Below the pieces are notes generated by a model, which had not been told where the DNA came from, ran no database searches, and saw only the letters and a list, made by a program, of their open reading frames with translations. Below are positions 29,881 to 44,581 of a stretch of DNA of 64,000 bases, piece after piece. Position 1 is the stretch's first letter. Every line of letters starts with the position of its first letter. A program made the translations under genes and the position numbers. Source of the stretch: the human T2T-CHM13v2.0 reference genome, Homo sapiens; the NCBI RefSeq assembly GCF_009914755.1, contig NC_060932.1, one strand, 5' to 3'.

Positions 29881-31278
29881 GGATCCTGCCACTGCCCCCA
29901 CAGGGTCTGGGGCTGCCCCAGCCAGGCCCTACCTCCCCGGAGGGGATTGCCTGCCAGGTTTCAGGTTGGGGAGCCCGGCCTGGCCAACCCTTGGCCCGGC
30001 AGCAGGGGCTGCAGGCTGACTCCTCCTGGGAAGTGGGTGTGAGGACTGAGGATGAGGGAGAGGATGCTTGGGAAGGGCCCGGCCCACCACAGAACGCTGT
30101 GCACAGGAAGGAGTGCGTGGCCCAGCTTCTACAGGACCCCACAGGTGAACCCAGCAAGGGAGGGGCAGGAGAGCCGCCAGAGCTTCGGGCCCGGTGTCCT
30201 TGCGGGTGGGCTGAGAAAGGGTTCCTGGGGTGCCTGGTGTTCTCGGCTTCACGGGGGCTGCAGACCCTGAGGCAGCGCCAACACAAGTGTGAGGTCCAGG
30301 TGGCAGTGAGCCGTGCTGCAGGCCCCGGGGCTCCCTCCCAAGATGCCAGGGACAAGGAGCATCTCCAGGTCCCCCAGCTCTGGCCCCTCCCCAGCCTGAG
30401 CCAGGAGGCCCCCAGCCTCAGCCACAAGCCTTAGGCCAGGTGCAGGAGCCCCCAGGGCGGGGAGAGAAACAGGCGTGAGAGGCTGGGGTAGAGGGGGCTT
30501 GTACCCGGGACCAGGCCCACTGGAGATGCTGAGGCCACGCTGCTTGTGGCGGGGAGTCCTGCTGAAGCCCAGGAGGGCAGGTGAGGCAGAGGGGAGGAGC
30601 TGGCTGCACTGCCGGGAACTTCCCAGACAGGTGAGCCTGTGAGTGCCTCTGCAACACAGGAGTCAGTCATGCCCCTAGGAAGAGGGGAGCCGCAGCCATC
30701 AGCTACAGCCCAGGTCCCCAATTCTCCACCCAGCAGTGGTGCCCCGCAATGAGCTCCAGCGCCAGCTCACTCCACCCTTGCCAGCCACGGCTCAGGCGGC
30801 CCCCTTGGCTCTGCCTGGCCCACCCCTCTGCCCCAGGCTGGGTGGGAGTGTCCCGTCCACCCCCTGCCTTCCTGGGGAGGCTGCTGGCCCCACATCCTGC
30901 AGCCCTGCGGGCTCCCTGGCCTCCAATATCCCCTTCACTGCACTGCCGCCCCCAGCAACATCCCAGGAGCTGCTCCGGCCCAGTCACCACACCCCTACCA
31001 TGGGGGGCCAGCTCCTGGGGCTACCAGTGCTGCACCTGGAAGTCTAGGTCCTCTGCGCCTCACCTTCCCATGGTTCAAACCCCGCCCTGTGTTGGTGCTG
31101 TGCAACCCCGGGAAAGTTGCTGGACCTCTCTGAGTCACCTGTGAGGTGGACGTGATGGCACTGACCACCTCAGGGCTGCAGATGGGTCATCCAGCCACCA
31201 CGGCAGGTACCCAGGAGTGAGCAGAGGACCAACAAGCCACAGGAACCCCGCCCACTCGGGCCCCCACAGACCACTCAC

Positions 31279-31410
31279 CTTTGCACCCAGGGGGCAGTAG
31301 CCTTTGAGGAAGTCGCTGCAGACCTCGGCCTTGCGGGACACGTACACGTGGCTATAGGGACAGTTGCTGTTGCTGCAGATGCCCTTCAGGAAGTAGGAGC
31401 ACACCGGCAT
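31279..31410 (-). CDS. ZC3H3: ZC3H3 coding exon 9, 132 nt: CCCH finger 3 and most of finger 4
   Basis: ctgcag|ATG CCG GTG ... GCA AAG|gtgagt. MPVCSYFLKGICSNSNCPYSHVYVSRKAEVCSDFLKGYCPLGAK. Confidence 0.96.
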
Positions 31411-32599
31411 CTGCAGGGAGGGCCGGCAGTGAGGGCCAGCAGGCAGCCACCCTCCAGGGCCCAGAGACGGTGGCTGGGGACCCTCCTACGGCCCCGCCCG
31501 AGAGAGAAATGGACACGCGGCACCAGCAGGCAGGAAGGGCAGCCACCACGACCTGCGGGGCAGGGAAGCTGCTGCTCAGAAGTGGGCCCCAGCCTCCCCA
31601 GGTGAGCCACACCCCTGCCGTGCTCTGTCCAGAGGAGGCATGGAGCAGCCCTGTAGCCCTGTGGCTCAGCCTCAGGGGCGCCCTCCTCTGAGTCCCTCAC
31701 CTGTTCTGAGCCTGCCCACCGTCCAGGGCAAGATGGCAGCCAGGGCTCCCAACCACTAGCCTGTGGCCAGGGCTGCCCTTGGAGCCTCTCAGGCCATGGG
31801 GACCAGTGTCTAGGTGGGAGGACGAGCCACGGGCCAGCAGCCAACAGAGGGCTCTCCCTCTCCAGGCACCTGACCCGTGGGCCACAGGCAGTGTCCCTGG
31901 GCTCTAGGTGGGCAGGAGCCACCTGGAAGCAGGGCTGGTGTGGCACTGGCTGCAGGCCAGCACCGTGGAGGCCAAGGCTGTCAGCAGGAAGGGTCCAGCA
32001 GCGTCTTCCTCCCCAGCACAGGGCCGCTGGCCACAGTCAGTGCTTGTTATCACCACTGGGCTGGGAGAGGGAAAAAATGTAACTTTCCTCCCATTTGGGG
32101 GAACCTCAGGCCTAAGGAGCAATGGCTGGGCTAGGGCCACCCAGGGAGGGAAGCAGGGGGTCTCTTGCCATCTCCAGGAGACATCTCCCTGCCCCTCATG
32201 GGCCACCACGGGCTCTTCCTGGGCTGCCTGGGTGTCCAGAACAAGGATGTCACCGTCCAGCCTCAGCATGGAGCCCCCACAGAGCCCCTGCCAGCACCCC
32301 AGGGTCTCCAGTCTTGCCCCAGGCTATTCCCGCTCCCCTCCCAGGGCCTTCCTCCCTCCTGGGTCAGACCACCCTCCCTGCTCCCACTACCCTTGTCCCC
32401 CTCCCCTTCCCAGCCTGCTCAGAGCTGCTGGGGCCTGAGGAGCCCTGGGGGATCTGGGCAGACCCAGAGGCTTTAAAAAGTCACTTTTCTGGGGCAAGGT
32501 TGGGGATGGGAAAGGAACTTGTCTAAGGCCAAGGAGGGAAGAAGGGGTCCAGAGAGCCAGCGGCCAGGGCTGAGAGGGAGGGAGGGAGAAGGCAAAGAA

Positions 32600-33080
32600 A
32601 CAAAGGGTGATTTAACGAGCGGGAGTTTATTTCTAATTGTCTTTTAACTGCAGCCGCAGAGGGGAGAGGGGCTGGGGGCCGTTTGGGGCTGGCGGTGGTG
32701 GGCTGTAGACAATTCCCTTAATGTGGTTTTTGATATAGAGCCCAAATTAGCTCTAATAAAAAGGGATGATAAAGCCAACTCTACAGCAAACGGAGCTCCT
32801 CTTGGCTGTCAGAGCGGGGCTGTTATCAAGAGGAAACTGCATTCTCATTTCAATTAACCTTGTTTGCACCCCGCCACGTCCACACAAATAACAATAACAT
32901 TAATTCAGGGCACTGGTGCGGGGCGTCCACATTAGACAGCTTGGAATGTGCTCTGGCTTTGGAGCTGGGAGCTAATGAACCCGAAACTCGATGTGAATTT
33001 CCAAATTGCTCACAACAGAGTTCCGAAGCTCTATTAGGGAGAAAAATGCTGATTCTTTTCAAGTTCCTCAAGGGGAAAAG
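32600..33080. promoter_or_regulatory. Candidate conserved non-coding element or enhancer
   Basis: TGATTTAAC, CTAATTG, AAATTAG, CAATTAAC, CATTAATT, TGTTTGC and AAAAATGCTGA within about 480 bp. Confidence 0.45.
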
Positions 33081-33769
33081 CTGTTGCGGCAGCAGCACCC
33101 CTGCCCAACACCGCCTCCCTCACCCAAGGCAGCCCTCACTCCACTCGCATGCTGTGGTCACACCGTGGCTGAGTCCGGGGCACAGGAGCTACACATGTCC
33201 CCCCCAGCCCCAGGGCTCTCTTGCTGCTTCCCAGCAGGGGACCCACCTTGGCTCAAAGCAAGTCTGTTGGGTTTCAGGCCGCGGGGACAACCACATGAGC
33301 CAGGAGTCCAGCTGTTCTCCCTCCAGCCCCTCCCTCCCGCCCTCTGCCCAGGCAGCCTCTCCACCCAGCCCCTCACATACAGCTTCCCCCCTCCTGCCAA
33401 CCCCAGTCTGAAGAGGCCCTGAGGCCTCAGCCCTGGGTCCACAGGGGCACCTGTGGGACCACCTTCCCCTAGGCATGTGTAAGGGGGGCCTGGGGATCTG
33501 GTGAGGCCTGGTGCTGCCAGGAGAAGGGAAAAGAGACCCCTGTGCGTGGTGAGCAGAGACCCTATCAGCGCTGCTTTCCGGGGAAGAGGAAGCCCAGCTG
33601 CAAAGCCTGCAATGGGGTAGAGACGGTACAGCAGACTCTAAGGACGCCAGGGCAGGGATCTGCATGTCCCAAACCCAGAGAAAGCTGTGGGCACCATCTG
33701 CCCGGAGGCCAGGTGGCTGAGGCCCCGGAGAAAGGTGCACGGGAGCAGGGCCACCAGCGCCGCACTCAC

Positions 33770-33839
33770 CTTCTCCTTGGACACATGGTGGGAGAAGGGG
33801 CAGGTCCCATCCGTTTTCTTGCAGGTGCCCCGGACAAAC
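33770..33839 (-). CDS. ZC3H3: ZC3H3 coding exon 8, 70 nt: remainder of CCCH finger 2
   Basis: ctgcag|G TTT GTC CGG ... GAG AAG|gtgagt. FVRGTCKKTDGTCPFSHHVSKEK; 103-bp upstream intron. Confidence 0.96.
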
Positions 33840-33942
33840 CTGCAGCACCAGGAGAAACGGGTATGAGGAAGGGCCGGCAGGGACCAAGGGCAGGGCCCTG
33901 CACAGAACCTCCCCCAGGCCCACAGCGAGGGCAGGAGGGCAC

Positions 33943-34101
33943 CTGGTGCACACGGCCACCTTCTCGGGATCGTGGATGTAGGGGCAGCGCTCGCCACGGT
34001 TGCACCTGCCGAAGCGGTTGTAGTACATGCAGTACTCCTTCCTCTTCTCCCTGCGCTGCCGCGCCTGCCGGATGATGGCCAGGCTGCGCTGCACTGCCCG
34101 G
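33943..34101 (-). CDS. ZC3H3: ZC3H3 coding exon 7, 159 nt: CCCH finger 1 and first Cys of finger 2
   Basis: ctgcag|C CGG GCA GTG ... ACC AG|gtgcc. RAVQRSLAIIRQARQRREKRKEYCMYYNRFGRCNRGERCPYIHDPEKVAVCT(R) contains C-x8-C-x5-C-x3-H. Confidence 0.96.
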
Positions 34102-34177
34102 CTGCAGACGGGGAGAGAGGTGCGTGAGCCTGAGGGCGAGCAGGGAGCCCACCCACTGCCCAGCCCAAAGGCATTAC

Positions 34178-34220
34178 CTGGCCAGGGAACGGCTACAGCT
34201 GCCTGCAGGATCCAGCCGGC
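34178..34220 (-). CDS. ZC3H3: ZC3H3 43-nt coding exon (exon 6)
   Basis: ccccacag|GC CGG CTG GAT CCT GCA GGC AGC TGT AGC CGT TCC CTG GCC AG|gtaatg gives (G)RLDPAGSCSRSLA(S). It is needed to reconcile the phases of the flanking exons; a 76-bp intron follows. Confidence 0.9.
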
Positions 34221-37200
34221 CTGTGGGGGAGAGAGGCACGGGTCATAGCAGGCCACAGCCTGGCCCGCACGCCCTTTCCCTGCTGACCCCCTTAGTCGAG
34301 GCCCTCAGGGGTCCCAACACTCAGCTCAGGCACAGCCTCCCCTCCAGGAAACTGCCCAGAGCTCCCCTCCCCACAGTGGTTCAGATGCCCTGGGCCCTGC
34401 CAGGCCCCTCTGGGGACACAGCACCTGAGAGTGGGGAGCTGCTGGGCCCTGTGTCTAGCTCCTCTCCAGGGCAGGGTCCGGGCAGGGCTCCTGTCCCTGC
34501 CCTCAGAGCCAGCAAAGCCAGGCAGCACCCGCGGAGGGCTTGGCCACGTGGGCTGGAGACGCCCGCCTGTCCCTGCTGCCTCCCTGGCCAGGCTCCCCAG
34601 GGCCACGCTTTGCTGGCTGGAACCCCCCTGCTGGCTTCCTCATGTCCCTGGGTGCCCACCCTGGGCCAAGGCAGTGACTGGCCTATGGACACTGCTCCTG
34701 GCTCTCTCCTCAGCCCTGGCCACCCAGGAAGCTGCCCTGTAAACAGAACAGCTGCTAACAGCAGCACCTCCCTCTGCCAGGGCCTGGGCTGGCAGGACCC
34801 GCGGGGTCACTTAGACCAGGGGGTGAATATGGCCCATGGGGCACACATGGTCTGGCCTTTTGGGAGCAAGAATGGCTTCTGACTTTTAGAGGGCTATAAA
34901 ACTAAAGACATGCAGCAGAGAAGGTGTGGGGGCAAAGCCCGCTTGGCGGAGGCATCTGCCCAGCTGCCCACTGCAGCTGTGGAGGTCTGGGGGAAGGGCA
35001 CCTGTCCCTGAAGCCCTGGGCTGGCGCTGGCAGATCCTGGCTAGTGTCTGTTACTCTAAATTTTAGAGGTGCCTCATCAGATGCTCCTCAAAACCCCAAG
35101 CATAAGCACCACCCCCGCCTTTCTGAAACCGCACACCACGGCCTGGGAGGGCGGCCTGGGAGTGCGGTGGTGGCAGGAAGGAAATGGACCTTGGGGCTGG
35201 ACATGGCCGAGTGCTGCCAGGCCTGAGAGCCAAGGGGATGAGGCGGGGAGGGGGTGCCATCTGGAGGAGGAGGGTCTGCTCCGGTGACACAGCCCTGCCT
35301 GCCTTTTACAGACAGAGGTCACCCAGGATCACGGGGTGGGCAGGGCAGGACCAGCCTGCTGAGGGCGGCTTTCCCGGGTTCCTCAAATACGCGCATGATC
35401 CTTCCCAGACCAGATCCAATTTCTTACAGGGCAAATGCTGAAATGGACACTGCAGTTAAGAGGCAGAGGTGACATCACTCAGAAATTCTGGGGACCTGAG
35501 GTGGTGACAAAGCCATCCTGGTTTAAAAAGGGATGTCCCAAAGCCGCCCAGCCCCAAATAGCCAGACCTGCCCCACTCTTGAGCACCAGAGAGCAGCCTC
35601 GTCCTCACTCTCCCAGATGGCCCAGCAGCCGCAGACTCCCACCCGAGGACCCAAGGCTTCCGCTCCCTCGCACCCCCAGGCTGGAGCCCCCCACACTCCT
35701 CGCTTTGTGCTTTGCGTCCAGCCCAGTGCTCCCTAGCTAGGGTCAGTGGTGCTGCTGCCCTTCACCCTCAGGGGCCCTGCCTACTGTCCCCACTCAGCCC
35801 GTCTCAAGTTTCAAAAGGGCAGCTCCAGAGCTGAGTGGCCAGCGAGCCCGGCTGGGGCAGGAGCAGGAGCTAGTCATGGTACCTGGGGCAGGAAAGGGGG
35901 CGTTGAAGAACGCAGAAACCTGAGGCGTGTGGGGGGCCAGGGGCAAAGGGAGGGTGATGAGGGTCTTGGTGCGGAGGGACCAACGCGGGGGTGCTCAGGG
36001 CAGCCCCCGTTCTCAGGCCGGGACCCTTGTCCCCGGGTGGGCAGCAGGGCCCAGTCCAGACGGCACGGGCACGCCCTCACACCTGCCAGCCTGTGGGGTG
36101 AGGGACGCGGCAATGCGGCGGTCTGTCGGCACTGCTGGTTCCCAGTCTCTCGCCCAGGCTGCCAGTGACACTGCGACGCCATCTGCTCCAGGCAGGGACA
36201 CACTGGCATCACGTGCCCGCCTGGCAGGACCGGGTGCAGCAGGAGGGGTTACCTCCCTTTCCACTTTGTGCTCTTTAAAAAAATGCCAGTGTGAGGCTCA
36301 CGGCAGGAGTTCTGACAAGAACAGGAGGCACTTTTTCAAATGCTTTGCAGTGTTAAAAAATGCACATAAAATAGCTGGCTGGAAAAGAAGCAAGGGCTGC
36401 CTGAGAAGTGCTAAAAAGTTCAACTGAATAACCCCCAGCAGCTCCACAGCAGAAGGCGCCATGCATTCCAGAGAACTTTCACTTCCCCGGGATCTTCTCA
36501 GAATAGACTCGGCTCCCACCAGCCCCACCCCCTGCTCGGTGCCCCAGTGCCAGCTCTGGGCACCGCTGGATGTCAGGCTCTGCAAGGCAAGCGGGGTGGG
36601 GGCCTTGCAGTCAGAGGTTCCTCAGCACCTCCAGGCCCTGCTCCGGCCAGCACCCACTGGACAGCTGCTGCCTGGCCCAAGGGACAACATCCACGATGAC
36701 CGGGGCACGCAGGCAGCCCCAATTCCCAGGCCAGCACTCTCCCAAGAAGTTAGGCAGGGCTGCGCCAAGCCCTGGTCTGCTCACAGCGCGCCCACCAGGC
36801 CCTCCAGGGCACGTCCGTCTGGCACATGGAGGCTGTGCCCTTGGGAGAAGGCAGCCAGCGGCAGAGGGTGCCCCAGGAGAGGCAGTGTGGGGCGGGGGCA
36901 AGCCGACAGGGCCTTCGTCACCCCAGGGAGGGTGGGCAGGTGACCAGCAGGGGAGGCGCAGAGGCCGGACGTGCCAGGAACACGCAGCAGCTGGCCCACA
37001 GCAGGGAGGGCCACGGCCACAGGTGGCTGGGGGCTTTGGGGACACAGAACAAGCCAAGGCCAGCCCTGTGGCCAGAGACTGGGGCCTCTGCCCCACCACA
37101 GGAGCCATCAGGCTCATGGTGGCCACATATGGGCCATGCTCACTGGGGGCCCACACAGGATTCTGTGGGGAGGGACCCTGGAGCTCAGGCCTTCAGGTGG

Positions 37201-39746
37201 CAGGCGGGCCCAGGAGGGAGGGCTCGGCTTCAGGGACTGGGGAAGCTGGGGGTAGAAGCCATACTGTCCTCTGCCGTCAGGGGCCCAGAGCCCAGGGGGT
37301 CAGCCAGGACAGCCACCCCCACCCCTTCCAAGAAGGCTGCTGCACTTTCTTGTTGAAGTCAAATTTCTGCTGACACCAGGGGAGGAAATTTATTTCTTTA
37401 ATTATTATTCCTCTTAAGTGGGCTGGTCAGCGGTATCCCACAGCTGGGAGCCATCTACCTTCCTCATGGCGAGGCGGGGCCGGTGGTGGCCCAGGCAGCT
37501 GGAGCTGTGGCCTCGCCTGTCGACCCAAAGGGCGAGTGCGGCCTCACTGGGCTCTGCACAGCCCCAGGACTGCCACAGTCGCCACCAAGGCTGGCCAGCG
37601 GGACACCGGAGGCCATAGCCCTACTCGATGGCAGGCGGGCCTCCCCAGGGGCAGGGGTGGGAGCAAGGAGGCCCCTGGACCCCTGCCTGCCCTGGCTGGC
37701 ACCAGCCTCTGTGCGCCAGACCCTCCTTGCTGGCGTTGCTGAGGCTGAATGAAGGAGTTCTGGGTTGCTGCTGGTGCAGGGGTGAGACATGCCCCAGAAG
37801 GGCTGGGGGAACCAGACTGGCTCTCTGATGGCTCTGGGCCAAGGGAAGGGCCAACGGAGGCAGAGGCCAGTCAGCAAGGGTGGCCGGGATAGACTGTTCA
37901 CAGTGTGGTGACGTCAGGGGCTCTGCGCCCGCCAGGGCTCTGCCATGTGTGTAAATGGCAAGGCGAGATTCTGCGGAGCTCAGCACTTGGCACCGACGGG
38001 GAGACACAGCAGCACCACAGCCTCCCAGGGAGGAGTGTGCAGCCCCTCCCTCTCCTCCCCACTGCTGAGCGGGCCAGGGCTATGCACTCCCTCCTCCCCA
38101 AAGCTCAGACCCTGGGCCATCCGGGTGGTGGGCACCTTGTCTGAGGGGGCCAAGTGCAAACCTGCTGCCTGCCACAGGCGTCTCTGTGGACACTGAGGGA
38201 TGGGAGAGCTGGGATGGCAGGTGCACCTCCCCACACAGGCCCACCCAGCCCAACAAACGTGGGCCACAGGATCCCGGCGAGGGCTGAGACGACCCAAGGG
38301 CCCCGGTGCGGGGAGACGGACCCATGCCACAAGCCCCTCCGTGGGTCCCGCGGGTGCACGGTGCAGGGAGAATCCCAAGGACGCACCGCGACCTGGGTGA
38401 ACAGGCGGGGCCAGCCTTGGCCCTGTGCAGGGAGTGGGATGCAGCTGCTGCAGTGGGGGCCACTCCCTGAGTGGGTGGGTCCTCCCTGGGATGGGCTCTG
38501 GCTCTGGAAAGGGCAGTAGGCATCCCCTCCCTGGCTCCAGCTTCCGCAGAGCAGGGCAGGGCCTGCAGACTGACTGCCAGGAGCAGCCTCTGCTGCCTAT
38601 CCTGGCCGCCTGGGGCTCTCGCGTACGTCAGGACATCATGGTCTCCATGGCTGCTGTCTTGGCCACTTAATTATCAACCTCAGTCAGTACTACTATCGTG
38701 ACTACCGGGAGCTTTCTGAATGTGGGTGCAGTGGTGCCAGGTAGACCCCGCCTGCCCCCAACCCATCTCCTCCCCCTGCTGGCTGTGCACAGGGTCCTGC
38801 GATGCCTCACGCCCCCTCCCACTCCTGCCCAGGCCTCTGCATGGCGGCCTCAGGATGCTCTTGCTGCTTCTGTCCCTTCTGGGCCCTCTCAGTTTTCAGC
38901 TCATGAGAAAGGCCTCCCTGACCACCTGACTGGACACGAGTCTGCGTATTTACACCTGTGGGCCCCAGGAATCTTCACTGGTGTTCAGCCCACGCCTCTC
39001 CCTGCACTAGGGACGTCAGAGGCAGCATCCATGGGAGATGCAGGGCACCCTCCCACCCAGGCAGGCAGGTGAGGGCTCGGGGTGCCCTTCCCTGGGCAGA
39101 GGGATCAGCCTGGCTGCTCTGCCCACTGCCTCTAGGACCAGAGAGGAAAGCCAGTGCCAGGACTGTGCCTGCAGTGTCAGTGCACTCAGGACAGTGCCAG
39201 CCAACGTGGGGCTTGGCCTCTGCCAAGGAGGCCCAGGGGAAGGTGGGACCACCCGGCATGAGCAGAGAGGCACCTCATGGCTTTGTCCCTGGGGGTCAAG
39301 CACGATGTCCTCAGAGCACCTGCTGCTGGCCCCGGGAGCTCCACTGGTCAGGGTCCCTGTTGGCTCACATGGCTGGTGGCTGGTGGACGGCCACAGGCGC
39401 CTGGGACCTGCTGTGCCAGAGACTGGCCAGGGGCTTATACTTCACTCAGGGAAATGACTGCTGGAGAGAAGCCCGAGGCCCCTCCCCTCCACGATACAAA
39501 CAGCTGTGTGTAGCCCCACAGGCCACCAAGCTCCAGAGTCCGAGGATCAGAGGTAACCAGAGAAGGCCCTGCTGGGTGACAGGAAGGCCTATCCCCCAAC
39601 CCACGGCAGCATCCCCCAGGGGCAAAGCCTCACCAAGGCCCCCATGTTCTGAGCCAGCTCCTGCACTGAGCACCCGGGGTGTAGCAGAGATGAGACCACA
39701 CGCACAAATCACACAGCCCAGTCCCTCAAGGTACGGGTGGGGAAGC

Positions 39747-39889
39747 GGAGGCACACACAGGGGTGACACAGTGCCCAGGAAGGGACCCAGGGCTTCTCAC
39801 CAGATCCTCAGTGAGTGGGAGGCACACACAGGGGTGACACAGTGCCGAGGAAGGGACCCAGGGCTTCTCACCAGATCCTCAGCGAGTGG
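39747..39889. repeat. 71-bp tandem duplication
   Basis: ggaggcacacacaggggtgacacagtgcc.aggaagggacccagggcttctcaccagatcctcag.gagtgg twice. Confidence 0.9.
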
Positions 39890-40289
39890 GGATTTATTCC
39901 TGCCCAGTTCACCAGGACCCCCCAGCCCCAGCCACCAGGCTACAGGCATGGTCATGGGCACTGACCAGCCACAGTGTGGCTCAGAGCCCTGTGGGGCAGG
40001 TGCCAGGGCCCCCGTGCTGCTCCCAGCGACTCTGCCCAGGAAACAGCCCAGAAGCCCCTGGAGCCCAGAGATGGATGCTAGGAACACAGCCAGGCAGGGC
40101 GGCCAGTGAGGCTGGCTTCCAGGGAGGTATGCTTCCTGCCTCTCCTCTGACCCCCGCAGACCCTGCCGTCGGAGTCTACCTCCTCCAGGGGCTGAACCTG
40201 TTCTCTCTCTAGGTCCCAGGCGGGTCGGGGAGCCAGCATGGCCCAGCCTCTGCAATCCCAACACCACCTGCAATCTCCCTCTTTTTTTT

Positions 40290-40760
40290 TGATGGACAAG
40301 AAAGGGGGTAAAATTGGACTGAAACCAAAATATTTTTCTAGTTAATTTGTAGGATAAGCGAATCCAAAGCATTTCCTTCTCCTGAGCCTGTTTCCCTGGG
40401 CTGGGAGGGCGCAAGGTGGCGGCGCCGGCTGCCTCCAGACACAGTTGTCGAGGCGTCGCCAATGCGATTACGGGCGCCGCGGCCCCAGGTGTGCGCTCGC
40501 CCGGGCGTGTTTGCCGTACCTGGCATCATCCTTTTTCCAAAAGCGAAACATGGTGCTTGTGAGCAACTCTCCCCCACCCCACAGAAAATCAGGGGCCGCT
40601 CAGCCACGCGAGGTGGGCGCCACTCCAGGGCCCTTCCTGGGGGATGGCAGAGGAAGGCCTCCTGGCACCCTCCATTCTCCGGCTGCCCTGTTGGTCTCAC
40701 TAGGGATGGCTACGAAGGCGCCGGGTGTATGGAAGAGTGAAATTAACTCCCAGGATGGGA
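40290..40760. promoter_or_regulatory. CpG-retaining candidate regulatory element next to exon 5
   Basis: Dense CpGs at 40408-40520 with CCAAT, bracketed by AT-rich gttaatttg and gaaattaac motifs. Confidence 0.4.
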
Positions 40761-40958
40761 CGTGACCCATTTGGGAAGTGCTTGTTTGGACTGGCTCCCT
40801 GGGAGCATGAGGCCCCTGACCTCCTCCCCAAGACAGGGGCGTGAGCCAAGGCCCAGAGCAGCCACAGCATGTTGGAGGTTAGGGGGTCTGGCCTGCAATG
40901 CCCACCACACGCTAGCCGGTCGGTGTCATCTCCCAGCGCCCCCGCCCTCACCTCTCAC

Positions 40959-41146
40959 CTGTGCGCAGGAGGGGCCTGCTGCCCGCATCACTGGGCTGGC
41001 CGGAGGTCTTGGAGAGCTTGTTGGCAGATACTTTGTAGAGGACCCCTCCGATGCAGCGGTAGCCTTTGCTCCGCCACCAAGGGGAGCCCGGTTGGGCTTT
41101 CCCACCCCCGCTGGCAACTGGACGCAGGCGGTTCAGCACCAGGGAC
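40959..41146 (-). CDS. ZC3H3: ZC3H3 internal coding exon (exon 5 by recalled numbering), 188 nt
   Basis: Minus-strand ctgcag|G TCC CTG GTG ... CGC ACA G|gtgag. Encodes SLVLNRLRPVASGGGKAQPGSPWWRSKGYRCIGGVLYKVSANKLSKTSGQPSDAGSRPLLRT(G). Phase 2 in, phase 1 out, matching the next exon. Confidence 0.93.
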
Positions 41147-43563
41147 CTGCAGAGACAGGAAATGCCCGTCAAACCTGGCCCCAGGACAGACTACAGCTCT
41201 GATGGTCAGTGCCAGGGGCCGAGCCCAGGCCTGGCCTCCCAAGGGGGACAGGGAGCAGCACTTGCGGTGGGTACACACTCCAGCTGGGTGACCACGGGCC
41301 ATTGGCCCAGCTGCCAAGAGACCTCTGTCCCCCTCTGGCCCCCAACCCCCACCTCAGGGACATTTTGGCCGTCATCAGGGAACACTGACAAGGAGTCCCA
41401 GGAGGTGGCGCCCCCGACCCCACCCACGAGGCTGGGAACTCATGCGCCCCTAGAAGCCACGGTGAGAGGGCAGCGTCGTCCTCCAGTGCACACCTCCCCG
41501 TGGATATAACCACCCCTGGGCCCTGACCACCTGGCTGTGTGCTGCAGGATAAGGGTCCCTGGGGCTGCAGGGCAGAGGGGCTGCAAGGTGTCTGCGTGTT
41601 GGTGAGAAGCACACCTGGCCCTTGGCACCTGGGCTGAGGCTCCCTTGAGTCGGCTTCAAGGCTGGGGCTATTTCTACCAACCGGCCCCAGCACATACCAC
41701 CCTGGCCGTCAGGACCACAGACACCATAGGGTCAGCAGGCTACCCTGCCTCTTCTCCTCCTCCACCCTGTCCTGCCTCCCCTTCATCCACAGCTCAGAGA
41801 GCCCTGCACTGAGAGGGCATGGGGACAGCCTCACAGACCCCGGGCCAGGCTGTTTGAGGGAAATGCTGATGTTGCCTCAAGTCCAAGGGCTGAAGAGGCC
41901 GCGACAGCCCCTGGAGTTAGCTGAGCTGATGACCCTGGCTAGAGGAAGAGACCTAGGCCGACAGACCCTGAGCCCTGGCAGCCCCCACTCCTGCCAAATA
42001 CTCCACAGCCTCCAGGAAGCCAAGGGGCAGAGTAAGACAAGAGGGGCCTGAGCTGCACTCCAGAGGCACCTCCCTGCAGCTGCCAGCCACACCCACAGCC
42101 CTGCGGACCCTCGGGCAAGCAGCCCCCAAGGTGGGGGGCTCAGGGCCTGGCAAATTGAGCTTGATTCCACATGAGCTCACGCTCTGCTCAAGCTGCCATG
42201 ACCCCTGAGGTGGATACCACACCCCCAGCAAATCTGGGCAAGACATTTTTGGGCAGCCATGGGTGCGCAGGCAGCAAAGGGACCAGTCAAGTGGGAGGCG
42301 AGGACGGGCAGCTCAGGCCTGGCACAGGGCTGTGCCCCTGCTCTACGCTCCCCATCCCACACTGGTCCCCATGGCCCTGCAGCTACACAGCCCTCTCTGC
42401 TGTGGAGTACCTGAGCCCCCCAACCCATCCACAGCCGCAGGAGACCCTTTTCCAGCTGGTCTGGGCCAGGGTGGGGTGCCCCCTAGACCCAGGCCCGCAG
42501 CATGCATGAAGGTGGGGCTCGCTTGTCTGGCTGGATGGGGCAGGTACAGGGGGACAGCAGCATATCCATCAAAGCCACCCACGAGGAGCCAACAGACCTG
42601 GTGGTACTGGGGATGGAGCAGCCCTGCTGTCGGGTTCCACCGCCATCCCCACCACTCAGCCCTGCAACCCCTCCGGGCCTTGGTCCCTCTGCCTGCAAGC
42701 TGGGGTAATTCTCAGCAGCCGGGGGCCTCCAAGGGCCCATTAGAGAGAGAATGGGAGCAGAGAGAGCCCGGTGCCGGGGATGGGAGCTGCAGTGTAAGTA
42801 CAAGCACGGCGGCTGGAGCACTTAACCCAGTTTCCTTTAATTAAAATTCAAGTTCACAAACACCAATCTTGGCGGGAAAGAGCCCACCAAGGGGCCTGGC
42901 AGTGCTGAGTGGTCTGCTGGCCCCCACCTCCCACCTATCCTGTCTGCGCCCTGCACACTCCAGCTGCTCCCCAACCCCCAGCCGGGCACTGTCTGGGCCA
43001 GAGGGGTGGAGGGTAGGCATCCTGCCAGCCAGACTCAGACCTCCAGGCTCTCATCAGACCCTGGGGTCCCAGTGCAGCCCCGGCCTCCAGGTGCCTGCAG
43101 GCCCAGCAGGTGCATGGCCTGTACCTTCAGCTTATCCTGGCACCAGGCCTGGAGGGAGGCAGGCCAGGCAGGACCTCCTGCACCAGCCTCTCAGTTGGAG
43201 AACCCCATCAGCCTGGGGGGCTCAGAGGCAGGTTCTGACCTTCCACAGGAGCTACGGCCACTACCTGGGGGACACTCAGCTTGACCCCAAATCCCAGTCA
43301 GGCTGAGCCCAGGGCCCTGCACCAGCCCCACAGTACTCACAGGCCTCAGGGGTCTCACCATTGGGAGGGTGAGGGGGCTGGTGGCCAGGGTGCACCCCCC
43401 CACCGCAGCACCAGCCACTCACAGAGCCTCTGGCCATCATACAACTGGGGCCAAAGCTAACTGTGGTCCTCGCCCCGGAAAGGCTGCTCAGGGCCAGCCT
43501 GGACTTGCTCCCGGGAGCCCCCAGCTCCCTGCCTCCCCACAGGCTCCAGTGAGTAGATGGTAA

Positions 43564-44581
<1,018 letters not shown>

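Noticed and set aside
33189-34256. 355-aa ORF containing a CCCH finger
   Set aside because: Only 33943-34101 is exon in this frame; the rest is intron or out-of-frame exon bounded by clear splice sites.
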